Shown in pieces: positions 1 to 11,331 of a stretch of 64,000 bases of DNA. The stretch is from positions 41,707 through 105,706 of the forward strand of contig LBQD01000004.1 in NCBI GenBank assembly GCA_000990585.1. The letters run 5' to 3'. The stretch's first letter is position 1, and every line of letters begins with the position of its first letter. This DNA is from Candidatus Moranbacteria bacterium GW2011_GWE2_35_2-. Its GTDB lineage: Bacteria > Patescibacteriota > Minisyncoccia > Moranbacterales > UBA9337. The notes under the pieces were generated by a model. That model had not been told where the DNA came from, did not search any database, and saw nothing but the letters and a program-made list of their open reading frames with translations. Made by a program: the position numbers and the translations under genes.

Positions 1-966
1 TATCCAAAAGTTTTGATAAAAAGAAAAACAGATATTCAAAATATTCAACGTTCAATGTCTGATGTTCAAAAATTATATGGACCGTATACAAGCAAAAAGC
101 AAATGGAAATTGCTCTTAAGATTATTCGTAAGATTTTTCCTTTTCATAATCGGAATGAAAAATCAGAAAAGGGTTGTTTGGATTTTCAAATTGGGATGTG
201 CCCCGGACCGTATGCGGGGGCAATTTCCAAAAAAGATTATGTGAAAAATATCAGCGGAATCAAAATGATTTTGGAAGGAAAAAGAAAGAATTTAGTTAAA
301 AAATTGGAAAAAGAAATGGATAATTTTTCCAAAAAAGAAGAATTTGAAAAAGCTGATGAAATAAAGAGAAAATTATTTGCTCTCAAACATATTCAGGATG
401 TCGCGCTTATCTCTGAAAAAGATGATAACTTTCAGATAAATTCAAAATTCATCCGAATTGAGGCGTACGATATTTCCAATATTTCTGGACAGTACGCAGT
501 GGGTTCGATGGTTGTGTTCGATAATTCTTTTGGAGAAATAGCGTCGAATAAAAGTGAGTATCGAAAATTTAAAATCAAAACCATTGCTGGTGCCGATGAT
601 ACGAGGATGATGAGGGAAGTTTTAGCTAGAAGATTTCGCAATAATTGGATGATGCCGGATGTTGTTTTCCTTGATGGAGGAAAAGGTCATTTGAATATGG
701 CAGAAAAATTATGGAAAGAATTGGGGGTCGGTATTCCGATTTTGGCGGTGGCCAAAGGACCGACGAGGAAAATTTCTAATTCTCAATTTCTAATTTCTAA
801 ACAATTTCCTCCGCCAGCTGGCGGATCAAAATTAAAATTTCACAAACAATTTTCGGAGATATTAAACAATAGAAATTTAATTAAAAGAATAACCGACGAG
901 GCACATCGGTTCGCGATTTTCTATCATCGAAAAGTGAGAGGAAAACAGTTTAGATTGGGCGGATAA
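1..966 (+). CDS. uvrC: Excinuclease ABC subunit C (UvrC), 5'-truncated at window edge; ends after endonuclease domain without the usual C-terminal (HhH)2
   Basis: Frame is open from position 1 (ORF track starts at internal TTG at 13). Motifs CLDFQIGMCPGPYAG, RIEAYDISNISGQYAVGSMVVF and ITDEAHRFAIFYHRK match the UvrC Cys-rich and RNase-H-like endonuclease regions. Contains an in-frame AATTTCT-type repeat insertion at 771-806 (KISNSQFLISKQF). Confidence 0.8.
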   Translation, partial: YPKVLIKRKTDIQNIQRSMSDVQKLYGPYTSKKQMEIALKIIRKIFPFHNRNEKSEKGCLDFQIGMCPGPYAGAISKKDYVKNISGIKMILEGKRKNLVKKLEKEMDNFSKKEEFEKADEIKRKLFALKHIQDVALISEKDDNFQINSKFIRIEAYDISNISGQYAVGSMVVFDNSFGEIASNKSEYRKFKIKTIAGADDTRMMREVLARRFRNNWMMPDVVFLDGGKGHLNMAEKLWKELGVGIPILAVAKGPTRKISNSQFLISKQFPPPAGGSKLKFHKQFSEILNNRNLIKRITDEAHRFAIFYHRKVRGKQFRLGG

Positions 967-1063
967 TCTTCGATTAATGTTAATAAATGCGATCCCTTTA
1001 CATTTATCTTATTTTCCGCTATCATTTGTAATTAGCGAAATAACTTTTAAAAATCAGAGAATT

Positions 1064-3931
1064 ATGTCCGGAAAAAAAAACTTTTCCAAAGATGGCGGGA
1101 AAAATAAAAACAATATTATAGTGCGAGGCGCCAAGGTTAATAATTTGCGCGATGTTGATGTTGATGTTCCCAGGAATAAATTTGTGGTAATAACCGGTCT
1201 TTCAGGATCTGGGAAATCTTCTTTAGCTTTTGATACGATTTATGCCGAAGGTAATCGTCGTTATATGGAGGGTCTTTCTTCTTACGCACGAAATTTTTTG
1301 GATGTTTCTTCCAAACCGGAAGTGGATAGAATTGAAAATCTTAGTCCTACAATTTCCATCGATCAAAAAAGTGTAGTGCGCAGTCCGCGTTCAACTGTGG
1401 GAACTCTTACGGAAATATATGATTATTTGCGTATTCTGTTTGCCAAGACCGGCAATATTCATTGCGCGCATTGCGGAACTTTAATGGAAAAAAAGGATAA
1501 AAAGGAAGTATTTAAAGAGATAATTTCTTATCCTTCCGGAACGCAAATCGCCATTTTATCTCGTTATGGAAAAAAAGAAAAATCCCCAAAAGATGTTTTG
1601 CGTCAGATTCAACAATTGGGATATGCGCGAGTGAGATTTGAAAATAAGATAAAATCTGTAAGCGAAGCGCTTATGATTGTGGATGAAAAAATGTTAATTG
1701 ATATTGATATCATTGTTGATCGATTGGAACTCGATAAAAAAAATATTGATGATGAAAGAATTGCAGATTCGATTGAAACCGCTTTGAGGCTCGGAGGAGG
1801 GTCGATGATTGTTTTGGTTAATCAAGAAAAAGAATTGCAGTATAATCAAGAATACGTTTGTCATAATTGCCAGACTAAAATAAAGGAAATTACCCCGAGA
1901 AATTTTTCTTTTAATAATCCGGAAGGCGCTTGCAGTGATTGTAGCGGATTGGGAATTAAAATGGAAATTGATTCGGAGTTGATTATTCCAAATAAAAAAC
2001 TTTCTTTGGCTGAGGGAGCAATTCGCCCATGGAGCAAAGCCGGAGGCAGAATGGGAGAGAATGGATATAGCGTGTTGATAGAAGATTTGGCTCATAAATA
2101 TGGGTTTTCTCTGAACACTCCCATTGAAAAACTTTCAAGTGGAAATCTGAAAATAATTCTGTATGGGGAATCGGAAAATAATTCGATTGAAAAAAAATCA
2201 ACGGCAAGGCTGGATGGATTACGGGGGGCAAGCGTAAAATTTCAAGGAGTAATTCCTATTTTGGAATGGCGATATCGGGAAACCAATTCTGATTATGTTC
2301 GCAATGAAATTGAAAAGTATATGGTAGCGAAAATATGTTCCTCTTGTCAGGGAAAACGCTTGAAGAAAGAATATCTTGGCGTTTTGATTGATGAAAAATC
2401 AATTGATGATTTTGTTAATATGAGTATCTCTGACTTGAAAAATTATTTGCAATATTTTTCAAAAAAAGAAAAAGATATTCGAAATCGGGAGATTTCCGAA
2501 GTTTTAATAAAAGAAGCGGTTGAAAGGTTGATTGCGTTGGAAAACGTAGGATTGGAATATTTGAGTTTAGCACGCGGCACTAAAACTATTTCCGGAGGAG
2601 AAGCGCAAAGAATACGCCTTGCGGTGCAAATAAAATCCCAATTGATGGGAATAATATATGTTTTGGATGAACCTTCTATTGGGTTGCATAGCCGCGATAC
2701 GGAAAAACTGATTAAAACAATCAAATCCTTGCGCGACGAAGGAAACTCTTTGGTTGTAGTTGAACATGACAGCGATTTTATCAAATCCGCAGATTGGATA
2801 ATTGATATGGGTCCGGGCGCCGGAGAAGAAGGCGGAAAAGTTATTTTTGAAGGAGATTATGAGAAATTGAAAAAATCTTCAACTTCCACCGCTGAATATA
2901 TTTCTGGAAAAAAGAAAGTTTCAGACAAAAAAAAGTTTCGCTCGCAAAGTAAAAAAAACATTGAAATTATCAAAGCATGCGAACATAACTTGAAGGATAT
3001 CGATGTGAAAATTCCTTTGGAAAAATTTGTGGTGGTTTGCGGGGTGAGCGGAAGCGGAAAATCCACTCTGGTTAATGATATTCTTGCCAAGGCGCTTTCA
3101 AAATATTTTTATGGAGCACGTGCATCAGTTGGAAAACACAAAGTAATTAAAGGATTGGAAAATGTGAATAAAGTTATTAATATTAGTCAAAGTCCGATTG
3201 GAAGAACTCCGAGATCAAACGCCGCTACCTATACCGGATTATTTTCTCATATTCGGGAAATTTTTGCTGATACAGAGGAATCTAAAAGTCGTGGATATAC
3301 ATCTAGTCGATTCAGTTTTAATATGAAAGGCGGACGTTGCGAGGTTTGTCAGGGGGATGGAATGAGAAAAATAGAGATGCATTTGCTTCCGGATATGTAT
3401 GTTAAATGCGAGGCGTGTGGTGGCACGCGGTATAACAAAAAAACACTCGAAATTGAATATCAAGGAGTTAATATCGCCGAAGTTTTGGATATGAGCGTGA
3501 GTTATGCGATGAATTTTTTTAAACGTCATCCTTTGATGTATGAGAAACTCAGGACGATGGATGATGTCGGTTTAGGATATCTGAAATTGGGACAAAGCGC
3601 CACTAATCTTTCCGGAGGAGAAGCGCAAAGGATAAAATTGGCGACTGAATTGGCGCGAAAATCAACGGGAAAAACTTTGTATATTTTGGATGAACCGACA
3701 ATCGGGCTTCATTTTTCCGATGTGAAAAAATTGCTCAAAGTTTTGGATGCGTTAGTGGACAAAGGAAATACAGTTATTTCTGTTGAGCATAATATTGATG
3801 TAATTCGCAATGCTGATTGGGTGATTGAATTGGGTCCGGATGGAGGAGATAAAGGAGGAAAAATTATTTTTGAAGGAACTCCCGATAAGCTGGCAAGGAA
3901 CAAAAAAAGTTGGACGGGAAAATATTTGTAA
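1064..3931 (+). CDS. uvrA: Excinuclease ABC subunit A (UvrA)
   Basis: GLSGSGKSSLAFDTIYAEGNRRYMEGLSSYARNFL, two ABC ATPase modules (VVCGVSGSGKSTLV; LSGGEAQRI x2), Zn-finger cysteines. ORF track begins at 977 but MSGKK at 1064 is the likely start. Confidence 0.93.
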   Translation: MSGKKNFSKDGGKNKNNIIVRGAKVNNLRDVDVDVPRNKFVVITGLSGSGKSSLAFDTIYAEGNRRYMEGLSSYARNFLDVSSKPEVDRIENLSPTISIDQKSVVRSPRSTVGTLTEIYDYLRILFAKTGNIHCAHCGTLMEKKDKKEVFKEIISYPSGTQIAILSRYGKKEKSPKDVLRQIQQLGYARVRFENKIKSVSEALMIVDEKMLIDIDIIVDRLELDKKNIDDERIADSIETALRLGGGSMIVLVNQEKELQYNQEYVCHNCQTKIKEITPRNFSFNNPEGACSDCSGLGIKMEIDSELIIPNKKLSLAEGAIRPWSKAGGRMGENGYSVLIEDLAHKYGFSLNTPIEKLSSGNLKIILYGESENNSIEKKSTARLDGLRGASVKFQGVIPILEWRYRETNSDYVRNEIEKYMVAKICSSCQGKRLKKEYLGVLIDEKSIDDFVNMSISDLKNYLQYFSKKEKDIRNREISEVLIKEAVERLIALENVGLEYLSLARGTKTISGGEAQRIRLAVQIKSQLMGIIYVLDEPSIGLHSRDTEKLIKTIKSLRDEGNSLVVVEHDSDFIKSADWIIDMGPGAGEEGGKVIFEGDYEKLKKSSTSTAEYISGKKKVSDKKKFRSQSKKNIEIIKACEHNLKDIDVKIPLEKFVVVCGVSGSGKSTLVNDILAKALSKYFYGARASVGKHKVIKGLENVNKVINISQSPIGRTPRSNAATYTGLFSHIREIFADTEESKSRGYTSSRFSFNMKGGRCEVCQGDGMRKIEMHLLPDMYVKCEACGGTRYNKKTLEIEYQGVNIAEVLDMSVSYAMNFFKRHPLMYEKLRTMDDVGLGYLKLGQSATNLSGGEAQRIKLATELARKSTGKTLYILDEPTIGLHFSDVKKLLKVLDALVDKGNTVISVEHNIDVIRNADWVIELGPDGGDKGGKIIFEGTPDKLARNKKSWTGKYL

Positions 3932-4028
3932 AAATTATAATATGTGTTGTCATTTTCGTGCCGCGTTCTCCGTTAGGGGAGAAGTAGAAATCTACTTTGT
4001 ATAACTTCCGCTTTACGATAAATATTTT

Positions 4029-4967
4029 ATGTCAAATTTATCTAAAAACATTTTTGCCACTATTTGTTATTATGACTGCTTGAATTACCCGCTCACTTCT
4101 TTTGAGATTTGGAAGTATTTAATCGAGGCGGATTATTGTAATATAACTGAAAATAATTCAGGCATTGCGAGTTTGGCGGAAGTAGTGGAATGCTTGGAAG
4201 ACAAAAAACTTCAAGAAGTTGTCGGTTTTGATAGGGGTTTCTATTTTATCAAGAATCGAAAGGATTTGGTTGACGGAAGACTGCGAGGAAACAAAACCGC
4301 TATTTTGAAAATACAAAAGATGAAAAAATTCATCTGGTTTTTGCGTTTCGTGCCTTTTGTGAAAATGATTGGAGTGACTGGGCGTTTGGCGATGAAAACA
4401 GCCGCTTTGGGGAGTGATTGGGATTTGTTGGTTATTCTTCGTGGCGGAAGAATTTGGACAGGACGAACTTTTTTTACTTTGGCGACACATATTCTGGGTA
4501 AAAGGAGGTATGGAAAAAAAATCAGAAATCGTTTTTGTCTTAATTATTTTATTACGGAAAAAACTTTGGAAATAACTAACAAAGACTTGTTTTCCGCCAA
4601 TGAATATTTTTTTATGTTTCCTATCTTTGATAGTGGAAATATTTTTGAGAAATTTCAAGCGGAGAATATATGGATTAAAAAATTTCATCCGAATTATTAT
4701 TTGGCAAAATCGGAAAATTATATGACAATAAGAGATGGATGGCTTTCCGCACGTGTTCGCTCTGTATTAGAGACACTGTTTGATTGGCAATGGTTGGAAG
4801 AATTTTTGGCGAAAGTTGAGAAGAAAAAAATAGCAAGTAATCCAAAAACGGCGCGAAGAGGAAGCTATATCGAGGCATCCGATCGGGCGCTGATTTTTTT
4901 ACCCAAACCGCAAGGTCCGAAAATATTCGAAAGATTTAAAAGAAATTTGAGTAAAGTTGATTTATAA
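4029..4967 (+). CDS. Hypothetical protein, minimal nucleotidyltransferase (Pol-beta superfamily)-like
   Basis: Motif GVTGRLAMKTAALGSDWDLLVI fits the hG[GS]x(9-13)DhD NTase signature. No other recognisable domain. Confidence 0.45.
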   Translation: MSNLSKNIFATICYYDCLNYPLTSFEIWKYLIEADYCNITENNSGIASLAEVVECLEDKKLQEVVGFDRGFYFIKNRKDLVDGRLRGNKTAILKIQKMKKFIWFLRFVPFVKMIGVTGRLAMKTAALGSDWDLLVILRGGRIWTGRTFFTLATHILGKRRYGKKIRNRFCLNYFITEKTLEITNKDLFSANEYFFMFPIFDSGNIFEKFQAENIWIKKFHPNYYLAKSENYMTIRDGWLSARVRSVLETLFDWQWLEEFLAKVEKKKIASNPKTARRGSYIEASDRALIFLPKPQGPKIFERFKRNLSKVDL

Positions 4968-4988
4968 AAAATATAAACAAAAAATATT

Positions 4989-6020
4989 ATGTATGCGATT
5001 ATTTTGTGCGGAGGAAGCGGAACAAGACTTTGGCCACTTAGTCGAAAAAGCACGCCAAAACAATTTTTGAGTTTGTACAGCAAGAGATCCTTATTGCAAG
5101 AAACATTTTTGAGAATGCGGGAAATTATGCCGGCGGAAAATATTTTTTTTAGCACTTATGGAAAAATTTCCGCTGATAAAGTGTTTGATCAAATATCGCG
5201 AGTTGAAAAAAAGGTCAAAAAAAATCAGGTAATTTTGGAACCGGAAAAGCTCAATACTGCGCCGGCGATTGCGGCGGCGGTACGTCATTTGCAACAGAAA
5301 ACCGGAATTGATGAAAACGATCCGATTATTGTTTTACCCTCGGATCACTATATTGGAAATAAAAAAGAATATTTGCGCGTAGTGAAAATGGCGATGGAAA
5401 AAGTTGGCAGTAATATTGGGACAATCGGCATTGTGCCAACTGGACCGGAAATCGGATATGGCTATATCAAAAAAGGAAAAAAAGAGGATGATTATTTTCT
5501 CGCGGATGAATTCAAGGAGAAACCGGATAAGAGCACAGCTAAGAGATATATCAAATCCAGAAAATATATTTGGAACAGTGGAATGTATATTTTTAACACA
5601 AAAACTTTTTTAGAAGAGCTTGAAAAATACGTTCCCAAAATATATCAAGCTATTACAGCTAAAAGTAATAAAGAATTTTCGGTGAAATTTAAAAGCTTAG
5701 ATTCAATATCAATCGACTATGCAATTTCGGAAAAATCCGACAAGGTAATAATTTTCGAGGGAGATTTCGAGTGGAATGATATTGGATCTTTTGATAGTCT
5801 CGCGGAGGTTTTAGCAGGAAGCCAGGGAAAAAACCGCAATGTGATTGTCGGAGCAGAAAATGTTTTTATTCACAGCAGTAGCAAGGAAAAAAGAATCGCA
5901 GTGGTCGGAGTGGATGATTTGATTGTAGTTGAAGACGGAGATGCAATCCTTATTGCTAGAAAAGGACAAAGTGAGGATGTAAAAAAAGTAGTAGATTTTT
6001 TGAAAGAAAGAAAAAAATAA
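4989..6020 (+). CDS. manC: Mannose-1-phosphate guanylyltransferase (GDP-mannose pyrophosphorylase)
   Basis: N-terminus MYAIILCGGSGTRLWPLSRKSTPKQFL is the classic sugar-nucleotidyltransferase G-loop; length and C-terminal left-handed beta-helix region are consistent with ManC. Confidence 0.85.
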   Translation: MYAIILCGGSGTRLWPLSRKSTPKQFLSLYSKRSLLQETFLRMREIMPAENIFFSTYGKISADKVFDQISRVEKKVKKNQVILEPEKLNTAPAIAAAVRHLQQKTGIDENDPIIVLPSDHYIGNKKEYLRVVKMAMEKVGSNIGTIGIVPTGPEIGYGYIKKGKKEDDYFLADEFKEKPDKSTAKRYIKSRKYIWNSGMYIFNTKTFLEELEKYVPKIYQAITAKSNKEFSVKFKSLDSISIDYAISEKSDKVIIFEGDFEWNDIGSFDSLAEVLAGSQGKNRNVIVGAENVFIHSSSKEKRIAVVGVDDLIVVEDGDAILIARKGQSEDVKKVVDFLKERKK

Positions 6021-6108
6021 AGAAGAATGTTTCTAAATATAGCCGTCCTTTTAAAGCTGTTTCTCTTGTATTTTTGTTAAAAATAAGCTATGATAAAGTG
6101 GTGGTAAT

Positions 6109-6495
6109 TTGGTAAAAGGAGTAAATATGACCTTGAAATCGTATCTTTGGGGCTTGCGAATTATAGCCTTAATTTCGGTTATTTCTTGGGTAATCGTGAT
6201 TGTCAATATTGACCCTGATGTTTCTGTTTTTGTCGGACAGGGTTTGTTTTTTGTCAGTATGTTCGCAATGCTTTCCAGTACGCTCACTCTTTTTTTTACA
6301 TGGATGAGAAAAACAATGTCCGGAGGAGAAAGTGCATTTGTTCATCTGGGAATGAGTCTTCGTCAAGGGATACTGATTTCTTTACTGGTAATTGTTTTGC
6401 TTTTTTTTCAAAGACTTCAAATTTTGGTTTGGTGGGACGGACTTTTGTTGGCGGCAGGATTTTTTTTAATTGAATTGTATTTTTTAACGAGGTGA
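6109..6495 (+). CDS. Small integral membrane protein (3-4 predicted TM helices), function unknown
   Basis: Highly hydrophobic 128-aa ORF in front of gyrB; alternative start MTLKSY at 6127. Confidence 0.45.
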   Translation: MVKGVNMTLKSYLWGLRIIALISVISWVIVIVNIDPDVSVFVGQGLFFVSMFAMLSSTLTLFFTWMRKTMSGGESAFVHLGMSLRQGILISLLVIVLLFFQRLQILVWWDGLLLAAGFFLIELYFLTR

Positions 6496-6581
6496 TTTAT
6501 CGCATAACACATAACATATAACAAAGCATAAATTTTTTAAATTGTTTTATGCTCTATGTTCTGTGCTTTATGTTTTATTGA

Positions 6582-8597
<2,016 letters not shown>

Positions 8598-8599
8598 AT

Positions 8600-8660
8600 T
8601 GCAACAATGATATATTTTATTTTAACGCCTTCATTTTTTAAGGGAGGCGTTTTTTAAATG
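8600..8660 (+). terminator. Rho-independent terminator after gyrB
   Basis: AACGCCTtcattttttaagggAGGCGTT followed by TTTT. Confidence 0.5.
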
Positions 8661-8701
8661 AAATTCTTATTTGATTTTGTTTGAAATTTTTTGTATAATA
8701 A

Positions 8702-9808
8702 TTGATAATGAGCAATTACAGAAAAACAAAAAATAACAAAAGCGGAATTCGAAAAGTGGATGGAGTCGGTGCGGATCCTCGAGTGATTCGGTTTTTCGAA
8801 ACCTTGAAATCCAAAGAATTCAACTCATTACTGTATTCCAGAGGAAGAATATCGCGAAAATTTTTTACCGAGGATTCCGGTTTGTATATCACACCTAAGC
8901 AGGCGGAATCGATCAAAGATGGGATGAAGTTGAATATACGTCCGGGAATTTTTGACGGATTGAGTAATCGGGCGGTTTGCCGATATAGAGCATATCGTCC
9001 CGGACAAAAAGACGCCTTGTATGTCAAATACGTCAATTTAGTTCAAAAGTATGTCGACATAGAAAGAAAAATTAAAGAAGGTGTCGGAAATTTTGCGGGT
9101 CAATTGTCTTTCGTGAAAGCATACAATCTTTCTATTATCGGGGCGATTGTTTTGGGAATGCTTACGATGTCTTTCATATATCAATATTTTGGACTTAGTG
9201 CTTCAGCTAGAAGCGAGAAAAATGCCGCCTTGATTCAAAAAGCGCAAGAACAAGAACTTGGTGTAGATAATGATAGTGTCGCTGAAGAGGAAGCAGACGC
9301 AAGTAAAAAGGAAGAAGAATGGAGCAAAGAAGAAGAGGAGGAATATATCAAACAGATGACAAGTTATTTAGAAAATGCCGAAAAGGAAAAAACCGAGAAG
9401 GAAATAAAAGAGATGGTAGAAGGTTATCCGATTGAAAAGATGCTTCCGTATATTATGGAAAAAGATCATATTGTTGCTGCTTTTATGATTAGCATCGCCA
9501 AGAAGGAAAGCAATTGGGGAAAGCGTGTGCCGGTACTTGATGGTCAGGATTGCTATAATTATTGGGGTTATCGTGGGCAAAGAAGATTGATGGGAAGTGG
9601 AGGGCATACTTGTTTCAATAGCCGGAAAGACGCGGTGGATACTGTCGCCAAAAGAATCCAATGGCTCGTAAAAAACAAAAAACTCAATACTCCGGAAAAG
9701 ATGGTTATTTGGAAATGCGGATCGGATTGCAATGCGACCGGAGGACAGGAAGCCGCGAGAAAATGGATCAGCGATGTAAACATGTACTTCAAAAAGCTCA
9801 ATTATTAG
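8702..9808 (+). CDS. Membrane-anchored protein with C-terminal glucosaminidase/lysozyme-like domain (putative peptidoglycan hydrolase)
   Basis: Single TM helix (IIGAIVLGMLTMSFIYQYF), acidic linker (EEEADASKKEEEWSKEEEEE), C-terminal domain IAKKESNWGKRVPVLDGQDCYNYWGY resembling the FlgJ/glucosaminidase ESGWG motif; paralog of the next gene. Confidence 0.55.
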   Translation: MIMSNYRKTKNNKSGIRKVDGVGADPRVIRFFETLKSKEFNSLLYSRGRISRKFFTEDSGLYITPKQAESIKDGMKLNIRPGIFDGLSNRAVCRYRAYRPGQKDALYVKYVNLVQKYVDIERKIKEGVGNFAGQLSFVKAYNLSIIGAIVLGMLTMSFIYQYFGLSASARSEKNAALIQKAQEQELGVDNDSVAEEEADASKKEEEWSKEEEEEYIKQMTSYLENAEKEKTEKEIKEMVEGYPIEKMLPYIMEKDHIVAAFMISIAKKESNWGKRVPVLDGQDCYNYWGYRGQRRLMGSGGHTCFNSRKDAVDTVAKRIQWLVKNKKLNTPEKMVIWKCGSDCNATGGQEAARKWISDVNMYFKKLNY

Positions 9809-9975
9809 AACATGAAAGAGAATTATTGTAAATAGTGGAATTTTTACTTTTTAGCCGCCAATTCATTTTGGCGGCCTTTGTTTTCAGCTTAAACAATGGA
9901 TAAAACCGGTTATTGACACCGGGCTGTTTTTTTGCTATTCTAGAATGCATGTTGAAAAAATAATCAGTAATTTAT

Positions 9976-10653
9976 TTGTTTATGAGTAAAAATCCTCCGG
10001 GGTTTTGTGGGAAAATAATAATCGCATCCATCCTGGTGATTATCTCAGGCTGTTTTTTTTACAGCCGGATCGATTCTATTTTTGGAGCAAATTTTGCCCA
10101 GGGAAAAGAATTGAAAAATTCAGTTTGGGAAGAGGAAGAATATTTGAGTGTTCTTTCCGGTGAAAAGAATTTTTTAGGTTCAGAGTATAATTTCAGTAGT
10201 GGCGATGAGGAGAAAATTGATCCGGAAAAAAAGGCGTTGGAAAATCAGTTGCGTGAAATTGCGGCGGGATATCCAATCGAAGAGATGATTCCTTATATCT
10301 CCGAATATGACAGAAAAATTGCCGGCTTGATTGTGGGAATTGCCAAAAAGGAAAGCGATTGGGGAAAACATGCGCCGTCTAAGGATGGTAAAACTTGTTA
10401 TAATTATTGGGGATACAAAGGAGGCGGTAGCTTGGGACATTCTTTGGGATATGGGTGTTTTGCTAGTCCTGAAGAGGGAGTGAATGCTATTGGAGGAAGA
10501 ATTCAAGAATTAGTGAATAAAAAATTGAATACTCCTTCAAAGATGATTGTTTGGAAATGCGGATCGACTTGCGCGGGACATGATCCGGCGGGTGTGAAAA
10601 AATGGATTAGCGATGTGTCGATTTACTTTGATAAAATATCCAAAAAGGGTTAA
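9976..10653 (+). CDS. Paralogous membrane-anchored protein with glucosaminidase/lysozyme-like C-terminal domain
   Basis: C-terminal 130 aa aligns with 8702..9808 (GYPIEEMIPYI..IAKKESDWGKHAPSKDGKTCYNYWGYKG..NTPSKMIVWKCGS.C); N-terminal TM helix; own promoter (TTGACA-17-TATTCT) and an upstream terminator hairpin at about 9845-9875. Confidence 0.55.
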   Translation: MFMSKNPPGFCGKIIIASILVIISGCFFYSRIDSIFGANFAQGKELKNSVWEEEEYLSVLSGEKNFLGSEYNFSSGDEEKIDPEKKALENQLREIAAGYPIEEMIPYISEYDRKIAGLIVGIAKKESDWGKHAPSKDGKTCYNYWGYKGGGSLGHSLGYGCFASPEEGVNAIGGRIQELVNKKLNTPSKMIVWKCGSTCAGHDPAGVKKWISDVSIYFDKISKKG

Positions 10654-10675
10654 AATAGGAATAACTAGAAAATAT

Positions 10676-11023
10676 ATGGCGCTTGAAAATATCAACTCAA
10701 AAGATTTCAAAAACATGCTGGATAGCGAGAGGGAAAATCTTGAAATTATCGATGTGCGGGAAAAAGATGAGCATGATTTAATAAAAATCAAAGGATCGAA
10801 ATTGATTCCTCTTTCTGAAATCGGAAATAGTTTGGACAAAATCGATTGGAGCAAGAAAGTTGTTTTTGTTTGTCGGAGCGGAAGCCGGAGCGGATATGTG
10901 GCGCAGATGCTGGCGCAGAGCGGAAAGGATGTCATCAATCTTGCTGGCGGAGTATATGAACTCAATCTTGACGATTGCGATTGCCTGGAAAAAGCTTCCG
11001 GGTGTTGCGGCGGATATTTGTAA
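10676..11023 (+). CDS. Rhodanese-domain sulfurtransferase with Cys-rich C-terminal tail
   Basis: IDVREKDEH...VVFVCRSGSRSGYVAQML active-site loop (CRSGSRS); unusual tail CDCLEKASGCCGGYL. ORF track start 10613 is probably too early; MALEN at 10676. Confidence 0.75.
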   Translation: MALENINSKDFKNMLDSERENLEIIDVREKDEHDLIKIKGSKLIPLSEIGNSLDKIDWSKKVVFVCRSGSRSGYVAQMLAQSGKDVINLAGGVYELNLDDCDCLEKASGCCGGYL

Positions 11024-11056
11024 TTATTATTAAGAATTAATCAAAAATAAAAAAAT

Positions 11057-11317
11057 ATGGAAGGTGATATAAAGTTTTCAGATAATAATACTGAAAAAGA
11101 AAAATTTTCTCCGCAGTTTCTTGCTTTTATTTCAGTTCTTTTTGGGTTGGGATCGATATTTCCTTTTGCTGCATTAATATTTTCAATACCGGGAGTGATA
11201 TTTGGCATGATGGCCGTTAAAAGAGGTGAAAAATTGATTGGTCAAATAGGTATTGGGCTATCTGTTTTTTTTCTTTTTTTATGGCTTTTTTTCATTGGTA
11301 TGATTAGCAGCTATTAA
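11057..11317 (+). CDS. Small membrane protein (two TM helices)
   Basis: 86 aa, hydrophobic, GVIFGMMAVKRGEKLIGQIGIGLSVFF. Confidence 0.45.
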   Translation: MEGDIKFSDNNTEKEKFSPQFLAFISVLFGLGSIFPFAALIFSIPGVIFGMMAVKRGEKLIGQIGIGLSVFFLFLWLFFIGMISSY

Positions 11318-11331
11318 TTTTTTTTAGATAT

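Noticed and set aside
977-1063. N-terminal 29-aa extension of UvrA from ORF-track start at 977
   Set aside because: Extension (MLINAIPLHLSYFPLSFVISEITFKNQRI) is not conserved UvrA sequence and overlaps the uvrC stop region; MSGKK at 1064 gives a canonical UvrA N-terminus.
4158-4688. 176-aa minus-strand ORF inside gene 4029..4967
   Set aside because: Antisense to a plus-strand ORF with a plausible nucleotidyltransferase motif; K/F-rich low-complexity translation.
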